NCBI GenBank assembly: GCA_050575255.1 | Contig: JBNZDD010013683.1 | Span: 3,155,928-3,219,927, forward strand | From: Harriotta raleighana | Taxonomy: Eukaryota | DNA: 64,000 nt | Direction: 5' to 3' | Shown here: positions 25,701-38,912 of the stretch, piece after piece | How positions within the stretch are numbered: the stretch's first letter is position 1 | How the letters are laid out: each line of letters begins with the position of its first letter | The notes under the pieces: generated by a model | Database searches by the model: none | Told to the model about the DNA's origin: nothing | The model's input: the letters and a program-made list of their open reading frames with translations, nothing else | Translations under genes and position numbers: made by a program

Positions 25701-28700
25701 TTTTTGTGTGTGCCATTATGCTTTATTAAGTCTTTTGACTATTCAGTGTACACTTATACTGTTCGGTTTATCGGACTCCAGGTGTACAGAATTCAAACCA
25801 AAGTGGACTGGGCCCATATGGAATTTAAAAATAAAATAAAAATTTAAGCACTGGCTTACATGTAGCTTCTGTCAGCCCATCTTTCCTAGTTCAGTACTGT
25901 ACAAGCTTATGTGCCATCTTCTTCTTAGGGGATTCAAACAATTACAATGTCAATACTGGCATTTACTGGCATTTTTCATGCTTAGGCACAAATTGCTTGA
26001 AGAAGTATAAGGGGGATAGTTTTGTCTCCAAATTTTCTCAGTTCTGTGTGTACAGAAGTTCTGGGCAATGGCTATTTTTAGTGCGATTGTTGTTAGAGAA
26101 GAAAACGTCCTCGGGACATGGCTGCTAATGATATAGAAAGTGTGATTGAACCTGTATGGTTTTTTTTAAATACAAAGCAATTGGATTCAGATCACTCTGG
26201 TTAACCACTTTTAGATTTGGCTTATAATCATGGATAGTTTTCACCTGTAAGTAATCCAATGTGTGTTAAAATGGGATTATTGTTTCTCAAANGAGAAGAA
26301 AACGTCCTCGGGACATGGCTGCTAATGATATAGAAAGTGTGATTGAACCTGCATGGGTTTTTTTTTAAATACAAAGCAATTGGATTCAGATCACTCTGGT
26401 TAACCACATTTAGATTTGGCCTATGGTCATGGATAGTTTTCACCTGTAAGTAATCCAATGTGTGTTAAAATGGGATTATTGTTTCTCAAAAGGCCCAGAA
26501 ATTATTCGCTGGATCTAAATTGATATCCTTGTATATGAGGTGTTGCACTCTTTGGAAAAGGTGATATTTTCTTGAGTACACAAACCTCCCAATAATTACT
26601 TTATTCACTTCAACTTCCCATCCACAAATGCAACATATCTTCTTAGTGCCAGTAACTGAAGTGATCCTTGACTTGCCTTTCATATTGTTTATTTGTTTCT
26701 TAAATAAGGTTGCAATGTACTGCACCTTGCTAAAAGAAGCAGTTATTGTTTGTTTTTTTAACAACCTGTCGCTACTTTAAAAAGGTGTCAATTGAGTTGA
26801 AGATATCNCGCGGCATGAGATGAAAAGGGCAAGATAAAGGTAAGATAAATACCTCAGGAACCCTGTTAAGTAAAATCTTGAATCAAGAAGAGGTTCTCAA
26901 CTCATTTGTTTGGAATGACAACAACATCAAATCAAAGCTTTGAGAAGTTACTCGGACAACTGGATCCAATGGTTGACATGATCTCTATCTCGATTGTTAG
27001 AAAAGCAATTGAAAGCTATTACTGTAGGCTACTTGAATTATACGCTAGTATATTGGATTCTTCTTTGACAGGTGTGCACATTCAGCACATTGTGATATTG
27101 TTTAACATGAGATCCACGATATTTCATTACCCTGTCTCACTTGCAGGGTAGAATGTAAAAATTACTATTTTGTTCTGCTTTGCTCTACGTGAATGTTGGT
27201 TTGAAAATATTCTGTTCTGCTGTAATCCATTTAAGTTTAAAAATGTTTTAGTGTAAATCACACCTCATTCCTGGACCTTGATATAAGATGCAGTTGTTGT
27301 CTTCTTTAACAACCTGCCCCTATTTTATTTAGGTGTCATCTGAGATGAGATATCACATGCTATGAAATGCAAAGGGGCAAAATAAAGTAAATATCTCACA
27401 TGCATTATTTTATTTCAAAATGTCCTTACATAAGCAATGAAAATTCAATATGGTTTCAATCAAAATAATGCACAAATTTGGAACAGTTTTCTGAATAACC
27501 GATCGTTTTGTTCATCTGAAAAAAAAATCTATGGAGACTCCTAAAATCTGTCTTTCAAAGATGTTGTCATGGGAAGATTTTAGGGTGGGAGTTTTGGAGG
27601 ATATCTGATGGGCCAAAAGGAGCTAAGTAGTTGATGGCTGTCATCTTAATTGAGTCTGTGTAGAGCCTTCGGCAGATTAAACTGAACTCCCTTTTAGTTA
27701 ATATGCAAACTCTGGCAGAGAAAATAAGAGGCAAATCCATCTTGTGCTCTGATATGCCACCTGCTTTTTGGGACTGGAAGTTAATTTATTCATGAATGAT
27801 TCATAATCACTCATTAAAACAAAATAATTTCCAAGTGTATTTTCTATTTATTTAGTTGGTAAACAGGAGTTTTGTTTTCATGTTGTGGAAATAACTGGAG
27901 ATCTACAATATTCATGAATAGACTTCTTATGCTTAGCCATTGCCTGGAGGATAAATTATTTACCATTTTAATCAACTACGGTATTCTTGAACAACCATAC
28001 TATATCTAAAGCCCATGCACTAGTGGTGAATGTACTGAAATGTCATTTAAAGAAAAATATTTTCCTGCAAGCCACTATTACATTTTGTCGTATAAGCAGT
28101 TTGTGCTGGAATATGTGATTTTGTTTAATCACATGGCTTTATCAAACATTAATACTTCACCTTGTATTCATGTAGGTTCATTGATTAATGATCTAGCTAG
28201 TAACAATACACAATTTGTCTACTTTTGTTTGGTCTGTAGCCAAAACAACAACTAATGTTTTATTATACTGTAGTACTCTTCAAGTGGGATAATATCTCGG
28301 AGCATTTCATAATGACAAGGTGTAATGCCATTCAGTCATAGCCATTAGTAGCCATTTTCCATGAATGATTCTCAATTACGGTTCAAAACAAAAACAGTTT
28401 TCTTCAGTTTATTAGGTAATCGTGGTGCAAATCATTCTCCAAAAGCTGTAACTTTCACCTCATTGCTTTAGAATCAAGAATATTCCACTGTTGAGGAGTT
28501 CTGATTGAGTGAATTTCAGAGATAAAACAGAAAGCTGTGATATATTTCCTGATAACAAACTTAAAAGGTTGGTGTTGAGCTCAGTGTTTTCCAGATAAAA
28601 ATCAACCACCTTGATCCATCTTCTTTTCTCAACTCTATATTCAAGTCAATTTTTGTTTATTCTTAAACCCTGCACTTAATGTAATTAATAGATGCACATT

Positions 28701-29059
28701 GATGTACATATTTAAAAGTTGATCTCTATCTATAACTGTTTATCTTATAGTTAAGACTTATTCATGTTGATTTAGCTATTAATTGTATCCCTGTTCAGCT
28801 ATTCAGCCCTATGGCTTATTCTGATTTTTACTGGTTATGGTTACAAGAAAGCTGTATTTCTTTCCCATGAGGTCATTCTTCATATGTAAGTTTGGACAGT
28901 GAATGTCAGTGAATTGTTCAGCCTTTGGGATCATGTTTCACACTATCTAGCATTGTCGGATGTAGGAAAGGATCAAAAACGGTGGGCAGAGAGATGCTGA
29001 ATAAACCTTGGCACAAAAAACGCAACTACAAAAACCCTGACTTCTCTGAGATTCATTCA

Positions 29060-29350
29060 ATAAAGTTGTGACTGTAAGTGAACAGCGAAGCCAATTTGCA
29101 CACAACTATGTGCCATAAACAATCTGGAATTGAGTAAGCGACTTTATCTGGGAGTTTTGTTGGCCAGTAGGCAGGGAGAAACTCCCCTCTCTGTTTTCGG
29201 AGAGTTGACACTGGAATGAATTTTTAAAACTCAACTGACCAGGCAGGCGGGTCACTTGATTCAATGTCTTATCTGAAAGATGGCATCATTGACAAAGCAA
29301 CACTTCCCCCAGGATTGCATTTGAATGCCAAGTGAGACTATGAGCTCAAG
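29060..29350 (-). mobile_element. Deu-domain SINE, decayed
   Basis: gccaatttgcacacaac...ttggccagtaggcagggagaaactcccc...tcttatctgaaagatggcatc. Confidence 0.65.
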
Positions 29351-29914
29351 TTTCATATATCCCCCACTCCTAACCTACTCTGCTCCAACAACAACAGACC
29401 TAACATCCACACCTCTGTATAATTGAGACCGAACTTGCTAACATGCGGAACTTTCAAGGCAGCCACCTCTGTAGTATCAAATTTATTACAATTTCATATA
29501 ACTGTATGCCAGTTGAATGTACAGTATGTTACACTTATGAAATGAATCGCCCTGTAACCTACGCTGTGGAAGGTTGTTGTATTTCTTTGACTCGAGCACA
29601 CTTTATCATGAATGTACATGAACCAACCAAGTAGATGCTTTAACTGAAGGTTTAAAGGCTGCAGTTTTCACATTTGTAAATTGTAATGTTCGTTTACGCA
29701 AGGTTATTGCACCACATTATTCACTAACTGCCAGATTGAGCCATTATATCCCGATAAATTCCCAATAGATATTGTAATTGTTTCTATTATTATGAATTAT
29801 ACTTTTGGAAATGCGTTGTCTTGCGCTGCAATTTATTTCACGTGCGCCTCAGTTAGGTGTGAAGTATTTTGTTGCTTTTCTTAGCAATTTGAAGTGAGCC
29901 AAATTTACAATGAA

Positions 29915-30296
29915 AATAATAATCCTTGCATTTGATGCAATGCTTTTCAGAACTTCTAGACATCTCAAAGCACTTCACAGAATATAACAATAATAATCTT
30001 TGCATTTGATATAGCGCTTTTCACGTCTTCTAGACGTCTCAAAGTGCTTCAGAGAATATAATGTAAAGTCAATTGACCGTATAATTTGTGGGCGAAACAC
30101 AGCAGCTAATTGCACACAGCAGTGTCCCCCAAACAGCAGTGAATTGAAGTGACCAATTTTTTTTCTCTCTCTCTTGTGAGATTATTATTAGTCGTATGGA
30201 GTAAGGACACTTGACCAAGGTATTGCCCAGCCTGGAATCAAACCCGGGTCTCTCGCTTGCGAGGCGAGTGCTTTAACCATTGAGCTACAGAACTCC
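29915..30296 (-). mobile_element. Young SINE full length (29989-30296) plus an adjacent second tail (29915-29985)
   Basis: Two consecutive aat(c)cttgcatttgat tails, then body and tRNA head. Confidence 0.88.
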
Positions 30297-31846
30297 TGGT
30301 TAAGCAACTCCTTAAATAATTAATATTGGAAACATAATAAATGTTAGTCGTTGGCACACTTCTAAATTATTCATGGAATCCAACATGAAAACGATTTTCA
30401 GCAGAATGGTCTGCTGTGCCAATTGCAATGTTTGCTCACACCATTGAGTTCTAAAATGACAAGTTTGTGCAAACTTAATGCATCCCAACCACTGTACTAA
30501 AATATGAGGGCACATGTTTACTTAAAATGTATATTTTCTCTTGAATTAAAATGGCGACATGACATTATTAGAATTGATTTGTGCTATTTATTTTCATACA
30601 GTGCAAGAGATTTAAAAGTCATTAAAAGTACAGAAAGTTGAGACCGAGACACAATGTGTTTCTTTGTAACTTATGAAGACGTACAGAATATGTAGAGTTT
30701 TTAGGTGCTGTTTCACGCAGTTGCATTCTCATCTTGGCAAGAAAATTCACGAATTCAATTGAAGCTTGGCTCTTGGATGTTACTGAGTTACTTTTAATAA
30801 ACATTTCGGTACCAAGGGAGACTCAGTAGAAATCTTAACGGGTCTTTTACAATGGAATTTAACTCCTAAAATTCTGCTGTTTGAAAATAAACCAGTTTTC
30901 TTTTTATAAAACAATGTTTATCTGATACATTTGTTTTCCATTTCCCTCCCTGAAGATCACACAGTTCTTCTCAATTGGGCAGATAACGATAGAAAATCAA
31001 TCAATCAATCAAAATTGCATTTATATAGCGCCTTTCATGTCAGAAGGACGTCCCAAGGCGCTGTACAGTCAAGTAGGGATCAGAGCAGGGAGGGGGGAGG
31101 GGTCGGGGGAAGGAAAGTTGGGGGAAAAAAATGTAAATAAAAAATATATATTTAACTTGCAGAAAAAACACTGAAAGAATGCTTTGAGGTGGCCCTTTTA
31201 CAAATCAAGCACACTGAAAATGTTCAATAGTTTGAGCATAATGAAGTAATTTGTTGTGAACAGAATTTGTATTGATTTAAATATTCATTGCTTGAAAGTT
31301 TCAACGTATTCTATTTCAGAACTGGACTGTCTCTAACAATGAAATATCTCTTAATTTAGCAGTTTGACAATTTCTCTTAGATATTTAACAAATTATCTTA
31401 AGACATTCGACAAATTAGCTTGCGCCCAGATCGACACCTAAAGTGTTTAGATAGGTTGGTTTTAATTGTAAAAGATTGATTTAAGCCTGGTGTAAATCCT
31501 TCCAATAGTTAAAGCCTTTGAACTAAGTCAATGGATTGGAGATTAAGTCTTGAACACAATTTTAAAAATATGTTACTCTTGCTGCTCCAGTGTGCTGGAA
31601 TTGACAGCATGATAGAGTGGAGTGAACTGCGTAACAATATGAACTAATTGTTTTCGAATCCATTTGTTTTACAGCTTAAGAAAAACAAAAAAATGTTGTA
31701 CTTTTGGCCTTCATTGGAGCTACAGGTATCTATTTTGGAAATATTTATTCCTGCCAACAAATCTACCAGGTATATCATCCAGCTTTTGTTTGGTAACAAT
31801 TCTGAGCCTTGAATCTAGCTGTAGCTTTTAAAATATTTATTTTGAG

Positions 31847-31848
<2 letters not shown>

Positions 31849-31877
<29 letters not shown>
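31849..31877. repeat. (TA)n microsatellite
   Basis: Direct reading. Confidence 0.95.
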
Positions 31878-31880
<3 letters not shown>

Positions 31881-33551
31881 AACTGCAGGAAACATTCTGT
31901 ACACATCTGGAATATTAGAAGTGATGCACAAAATCATGGGTCATTCCTCATTTTGCAATTCAATGATGGGGATGTCAGTGTTGAGTTCAATTACATTTTA
32001 AATGGATGGCAGCAAACAACAACAACAACATTACATTTGTATAGCTCCATTCACGTCGGGAGTACGTCCCAAGACATTGGACTGTCAAGTGTTTCAATAC
32101 TCAAATTTACATGTGTTTTAAATTTCACCCCAATATTTCAAAAATAAGGTCAGTATATAACTTTCTCATACAATGTTGACATTTGAAAAATTGTACATAA
32201 AATATTGTCCAACTATTACACTCTTACATAGAGAATTTTTTTTAAAAAAAGATAAATTCCCGCAAATAGAATGGTGAGATAGATTATAATTGTAGATCTA
32301 TCAAATACATTTCTGCCATTTATTCACAGCACCAAGCCAGAGATTTTCAGAATGCTATGGTTTCCAATCTGTTTATCTCTCAATAATTCTCCATACGTTT
32401 CGATGGGAGATTTCACCACACACCCCCCACCCCGCACAATCACAACATGGTTACAAAGCAGAGGAAGGTGATCGGGAAGCTGGCGTCTTCGCACGTTTAA
32501 TATGAAAACGTGGCAAATATTTCACACAAGACAAAGTTGGGAGATAATTCACAGAATAACAAACATTCAAGATACACAACAAATACAATTTGTTTGCTTG
32601 TAAAATAAAAGGATTAGTTCTAAAAACTTGTATGAGAAGATAAAAATTGTTTGCTTGTAAAATAAAACAGAGAGCAAAGCCATTGGTCTATTTTAGAATA
32701 CACTGTACAGCAATAACAGCAAAAATCAGTTAAAAGTCTTGGCAGTATCTCTTATGAGCATAATGAAGCTTGTGATGGTAACTTTACGTGATATAAATTA
32801 ACCCTCAACATTAATTATTGCTTTAAGGAAACATCTATTTGGGATAACCTTTTTAATCCATCTCAGTTGGAAACATTAATTCATTGGGGGAAATTATATT
32901 TTATTAATGTTCATTCTTGACTCTTGCTACAGAACCACTTAGCATTGAACTAACTGTTGAAATGTACCCTTGATTCTGCTTCTTGGATATTTAACTTACT
33001 TCTTTCATCAATTAGAGATCAGGAAAATTGCAGCTGCCTCTGTGTCGAACACATGCCAAACTCCTATTCAGAAAGTGGATACATTGAGTGTGAAGGAAGT
33101 TCATTGGACCCTTTTGTTGCACTGTAGTCATTTAATTCTAAAGATCGTCTTCCTAAAAAAGCTTGCTAATTTCCTTGGGGGGTTTTTCCGAAAAAACTAA
33201 CTCGCTTGTATATGAAGCATGAACTCTGGCAGGGAACACAAAGGTTCCAACCTTTGAACTAAAATTCCTGAAGCAATCAGCAGAGAGGAATGATTTTAAC
33301 TCAAATTATTTTAGCTACTGGAATGCTTCCACCGTGAAAGATTTATTATTCCTCTTCCATAATCGTCACATCCCCTCAATTTTCCCATTTTCTTCTGCTG
33401 TTTGTAATCCACTTGTAAATCTTGAAGAATTGTAGGTTTTTATCTGCGGAGGGGATTTTAAAAAAAAACAAGGAACATCTGAAATCATTCAATATTTAAG
33501 ATATCCTGGTCAGTGCTCTTTCATCTGCTCTGAGACACTGCCCCACATCTA

Positions 33552-33700
33552 TATAATAATAGTAATAATTCTTGCATTTGATGTAACGCCTCTCAAAACA
33601 CCTCACAGAATATACTGCCCAGTGTATATTGTGTGAGCAAAATGCAGCAGCCAGTTGTGCATAGGAGTGTCCCACAAACAATTGTGGATTGCGTGACAAA
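33552..33700 (-). mobile_element. Young SINE 3' half with small deletions
   Basis: taattcttgcatttgatg...gtgtcccacaaacaattgtggattg. Confidence 0.8.
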
Positions 33701-34384
33701 TAGTTTTTTTTAAGTGACTACTACCCTCGGGAAACCGATCCACTAATTGTCTAACAGCCAATACATAAATATATGTGCATGTTATTCACAAATGTGACAA
33801 GCACTGTGTTAAAATGTACTGATATACAGCACTGCAAATATATGATGTTTTGAGGGCAGATATGAACATGGTTAAGTTCTTCGATGTTCCCTTCGTAATG
33901 TTTCAATAAATCCACCAATTTGATTTTTTGGAAGGTGATCCCTTTAAATCACTAAAGTCTCTCTTAAAATTGGACAACATGCATAAATACGAGGGCCCAA
34001 CCGGCCTATATTCAGGTGTTCCTATGCAGTAGATGAATGTTCTGTTTCAAATGCTGAGTCAATAAAAATGCATTTTTTAATACCCAACTCCCGATTCTCA
34101 ATTTACTGTTCTCAGATTTCACATTCCTCTTCGAGCAAAAACCACTCTACTAATTATTTCTCGTCCTGCCCTTTTGCTGTGTAGTGTACAAAAATTTAAT
34201 TGTTTCTATTCCCAAAGGTTTACCCATATTTACTTGTTCAAGATTTTTTCTGATTAAATTCATACAGTACTGTATGTAGCTTAACTTCCTACGTTTTAAC
34301 CCCCAACTCTAGACACTGGATCATTTTGCAGTGAGATGTCTCATGTAACCATTTGCTTTATTGCAGCTAAACTTTTAGAACAGA

Positions 34385-34580
34385 GTTGAGGAACCATTTC
34401 CCAGAAGGCTGTAGATGCTCACTCCTTGAACATTTTCAAGGCTGAGACTGATAGATTTTTTTAAAATAGAGGGATTAGGGGATATAGGGATAGGGCAGGT
34501 AATTAGAATTAGGTCAGAAGATCAGCCATGATCTTATTGAATGGCGGGGCAGGCTCAAAGTTCTTATGTTCTTATGTTCT
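34385..34580 (+). mobile_element. CR1 LINE 3' end
   Basis: tccttgaacattttcaaggctgagactgatagattt...gatcagccatgatcttattgaatggcggggcaggctc...ttcttatgttcttatg; colinear with the reverse complement of 21883-22100. Confidence 0.85.
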
Positions 34581-36059
34581 AAACCTTTCTACACCCAACC
34601 AATAATGACTTTGATCTAACTCCACAGAAAGTGGAAAGGAAATGCGTGAAACTTTACTTGAAAAGTTGTTGCGTCATTGCACAGTTTATTCAGTGTGACT
34701 GCCACTGAAAAGAGGGCACTGGGTGTTGGAACTGGGTGTTATAAAAAGGATGTTCTGCCAGTGATAGGAGAGACGTGAGAGGCTTACGCTTGACATTGTA
34801 GGAGCATTTTTTACACATGATAGTCCATGATAGATGGGTAGAAGGGTAAAGCTCTAAAGGAATATGACTAAAGGGATGGACTGAGTGCACAAGAGAACAT
34901 AACAGATGGAATTCATTGGTAGAAGCAGATGCCAAAGGGTTGCTGAGAGAAACGGGGAGAGCATCATCTGCTGCTGGAACCAATAGAGCACAGATAAATT
35001 TCTCTCGTTGCCATGGTAATTAAGATGAACATTTGTGAAAGCTGTGTATCATATTTCTTGCAGCGTAAATCAATTGATTATAAATACAACCAACCATTTA
35101 CTTCCTCTTGCATTAATTAGCCCTTATTAAAAAAAATATTTATTGGAATGTATTTAGGGCTTAATTGCTTAACACTGACCCAAGTGTACCTGAAAACAAA
35201 CTTCAGTACACACCTTTCAGAAATGTCACATCTAGCTGACGTACCAATACTCCTATGAATAATCAGTCCAATCAGTTTGATTAAATTATCATATTAATAA
35301 GAAACCGAGTAGCCCCTGATTCCAGTAATTAAGCCTATGAATAAAAGGTCATTAGAGTCAGTTGAATACACTCCCAACTAATCTGCTAAATCCTTTAATT
35401 CCTTTTTAACCCAAGCAACTCATTTCGCTCTCATGCAGCTGAGTTTTATCAGTTCTGACATGCTAATTTGAAAACAATCTCATACAATTCAAATGATATG
35501 TAATGCATTTCTTAATTATCGGTTGATTTGGTGACTACTCTGTTATCACAACCCTCCTAACGCAGCACCCATCGTCACTTTTCTGGGAAACTGCTTTGAT
35601 GTCTAGTGCATTTCTCTATCATTGGTTGATAGACATGTACTTAAATGCAGTGGGCTCAGGTGTTACAAAGTATTGTAATTAACTGGAGCAAACTAATAAT
35701 TTTAGCTACATTTATAAGAAATAAAGGTTTTCCCTTTTAACTGTTAATCTTTATGCAGCAGTCCGTGGTTCCAGCTGTTTTATCGTATTTGACCCTCGCT
35801 CTGACTATTTTGATGATTTTGTTAAAACAAAATTGCTTTATTGTTTAGAGATTGGAAGATAATTGCCAAATCTCACAGTAGATTGAATTATTTTCTATAA
35901 TGCTTCATGTTGTTTCAATGTTGGAAAAGCAAAAAGGTTAACAAAGGAGAAATGGACCTCATTTGAAACTTGAACTGCGCAAAATGTTTACTCAATCCCG
36001 GCTGATACTCCATTGAGGTACTAGGGAAGTATTACACTGCGTTGTCCTTTATCATGTTG

Positions 36060-36420
36060 AAATGTCTCAAAGTGCTTCCCAAGTGATTACTCTCGTGAGT
36101 ACTGATAGGTTATGTTGGCAAAAACAAAAGTGCTAGCAATTTGCAAGGTATTAAAAAAAACAAGAGATGAATGACCAATTAAACTGGAGCCTTGTTGGCC
36201 AAGAAACTGCCTTTTCTTTCTTAAATTGGTAGCTTCAATGTCCACCTGGACAAGTAAATCTTGATTAAAAAATCTCCTCCACAATGGTTTTTTAGTTAAT
36301 TAGTTTTTTTTTCCTTCCCCTAGAGTTCTGCTGAAGTATCTGCTTTTGTGTTCAAATCTTAAAGTAGAGCTGGACTTGAACCTACAACCTTCTCACTCGG
36401 ATGTGAGAGATACGCTCACA
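36060..36420 (-). mobile_element. Deu-type SINE, highly decayed
   Basis: tgtctcaaagtgcttc tail, ttggccaagaaac, aatgtccacctggaca, ggacttgaacctacaaccttc head. Confidence 0.5.
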
Positions 36421-36959
36421 TAGCTAAGCTGATGCATGATTCCCAGATTTCACTGAGAATTTAAGTCTAAATTCCCTCGCGTTACCATAACTAATTTGGC
36501 GATGTAGGTGATGGCAAATTGATAAAAAAATATCTTTTGCCTCACAACATTTTCTTGTAAAAGTGAAAGGGACCTTGCAAGCTATCCAAACTTATTTTGA
36601 AAAACTGTAAATAGTCTATTTAGGATCTTGCAATAACTTCTGCTTGTCGGGGAGCGATGCTTTCCAGGATAAACGCTTTGGGCCAAGGTTTAATCAAGGC
36701 ACACACCACAGACATTTACTGCCCGAAATTGAAGGCTTCACTTCATAACGGTCGCAAAATCCAGTTAGGTTGAAAAGTAAATTCCATTGATTATAGAAGG
36801 CTGGTGTTCAAACACCACAAATCTTTCTCTCACCAGTTTTTGCACATGATGTTTGGATAATGCAAACTTTCACTGACCAATTGAAGCGGGGAGATTATCA
36901 GGGAGCTGAGCTTTCTGCTACTGCTCTCTGGAACTCCCTNTTTTTTATTCACTGACCAA

Positions 36960-37080
36960 TTGAAGCGGGGAGATTATCAGGGAGCTGAGCTTTCTGCTAC
37001 TGCTCTCTGGAACTCCCTTCCTAAATTCCTCCACTTCATATCCTCCATCTCATACTATGAAATCCCTTCTAAAACCAAGA
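36960..37080 (+). mobile_element. Decayed L2 ORF2 C-terminal fragment
   Basis: gagctttctgctactgctctctggaactcccttcct (LWNSLP); duplicated across n36940. Confidence 0.5.
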
Positions 37081-38049
37081 CCCCCCTCCACACGCCCACT
37101 CCTCCTCCTCTTTCTCCTGTATAACCTTGGGTCCCCAAAGGGACTGTGTTTTGAGAGCCTCTAACCGGAGGATCAGAATAGGTTACAGTCACTTAATCTA
37201 ACTCCCTCAAAGAAGGTGCAGTGCTGTGGAGCTATCTGCAAATCCTAAATGTGTTGCAAGCAATCCCTTACAGCAGGGCCATTATTCAATTGGACACAAA
37301 CGATAGCTAACCATGACAGCACACAACCTTTCATTTGACAGCTGTAACTTTGCTTAAGTTGCTCTCTGTGGCATAATAACGAATGAAATTCCCCAGTGAC
37401 TGAGCAATAATGGTTAAGCATATACAAGCGCTGGCAGATTTGTTTGCTAATGCGTGACATTTTTCATTCTTGGTGTCATATACTCTCCCCAGCAACTCTG
37501 ATCTCTGTATAGATGTGATTGGTTGCCCTTTAAAGACTAGGCCAGCATAGGTGTTTATTTCTTGCATGAGCTACAACAAATGGTACCTGTAATGGAGAGC
37601 TTGGTTCCACTGTATCTCTGCTTAGAGGGGACTTATCGTCTTCAGTTCTTGGACACATCTTGCCAGCCTGCAGATCAGATTCATAATAGCGGTGAATGCA
37701 TTACAGACCATGTAGACAGAAGAAGGTCGCCAATGCATATAGTAAAGAACACAAGAACACTAGGACATGCACAGCAAGTGTTATAGAGGAGGATGTACCC
37801 TGTCTGTGAACAAGAAACTTTGCGTTATTCAAGATGCGTGGCAAACATTAAATCTGTTTGGTCCTGCTCTCAAAATCCAACTGCTTCTGTGACCATAAGA
37901 TTTATTCAGTTTACTGTACATGCAAACCAACATTAGGAAGCTGTTATGGATGGACTGGGGTTTAGAACCCTTTCCACATCCTGTATGGCTTCTTGTTCCG
38001 TTCAACAATGATCCGTAAGAAATTAGAAATTTACATTGACTGTCTGGTC

Positions 38050-38075
38050 GTGTGTGTGTGTGTGTCTGTGTGTGT
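38050..38075. repeat. (TG)n microsatellite, imperfect
   Basis: Direct reading. Confidence 0.9.
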
Positions 38076-38660
38076 ATTCCCGATGTGAATGGCGCTATAC
38101 ACATGTAATTTTACTGCTGCTGTTGTTTTTGCTGATGGTGTGTGCATGCGTGCGTGTGCCAAAGTTTTCCACTGCACTGAATGTAGTGCTGGATAACAAC
38201 AAACTTTCTAGTTGCAATCTTCGTTTTTTTTGATGTGTTAAGCAAGTCAATCGTAAAGCTGTTCGAAAAAGTTCTTACAAGACCCAGTCCAGCTTTAATC
38301 CTGATCATTACTTCTCAGGATTGGTATCGGCAAGGCAACTCTGATTTATTACAAGTGCCATAAATAAAAATGTCATAAGATGTGCGAAGCAGTGAATAGT
38401 TCGATATTGAAACAAAATGACAAGCTAGATTCTGCAGAGTAACAGACGTGCACTGCAATATCAATCTGTTTGATCAGAGGTGACATGGAGCTGAGAGACC
38501 TTAACAACTGTGCTCATTATCTGAGTGCCTTAACTGCTGCCTCTTTTATCTCTATAGAGGTGAAAAAATATATACAATGCCTCAAATATGGAAAAAAAAA
38601 GCGCAATTACTGTGTATCTGATTTATAAAAATGTTGTTTATCTTCTATTGAATCCAGCTG

Positions 38661-38912
38661 GAGACCTGAGTTCAATTCCTGGCTGGGCAAAGCTTTGGGC
38701 AAGTTTCCTTACTCCACATGACTAACACTAATACCAAAAAAATGTTTTAAATTGGTCCTTTCAATCCACGACAGTTTGTGGGACACTGCTGTGCGCAATT
38801 GGCTGCCACATTTGCCCACATATATAGTCAATTCACTTTACAGTATATTCTGTGAAGCACTTTGAGGCGTCTAGAAGATCTGAAAAGCGCTCAATTAAAT
38901 GCAAGGATTATT
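38661..38912 (+). mobile_element. Young SINE lacking the A-box part of the head
   Basis: gagacctgagttcaattcc...tttgggcaagtttccttactccaca...aaatgcaaggattatt. Confidence 0.88.
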
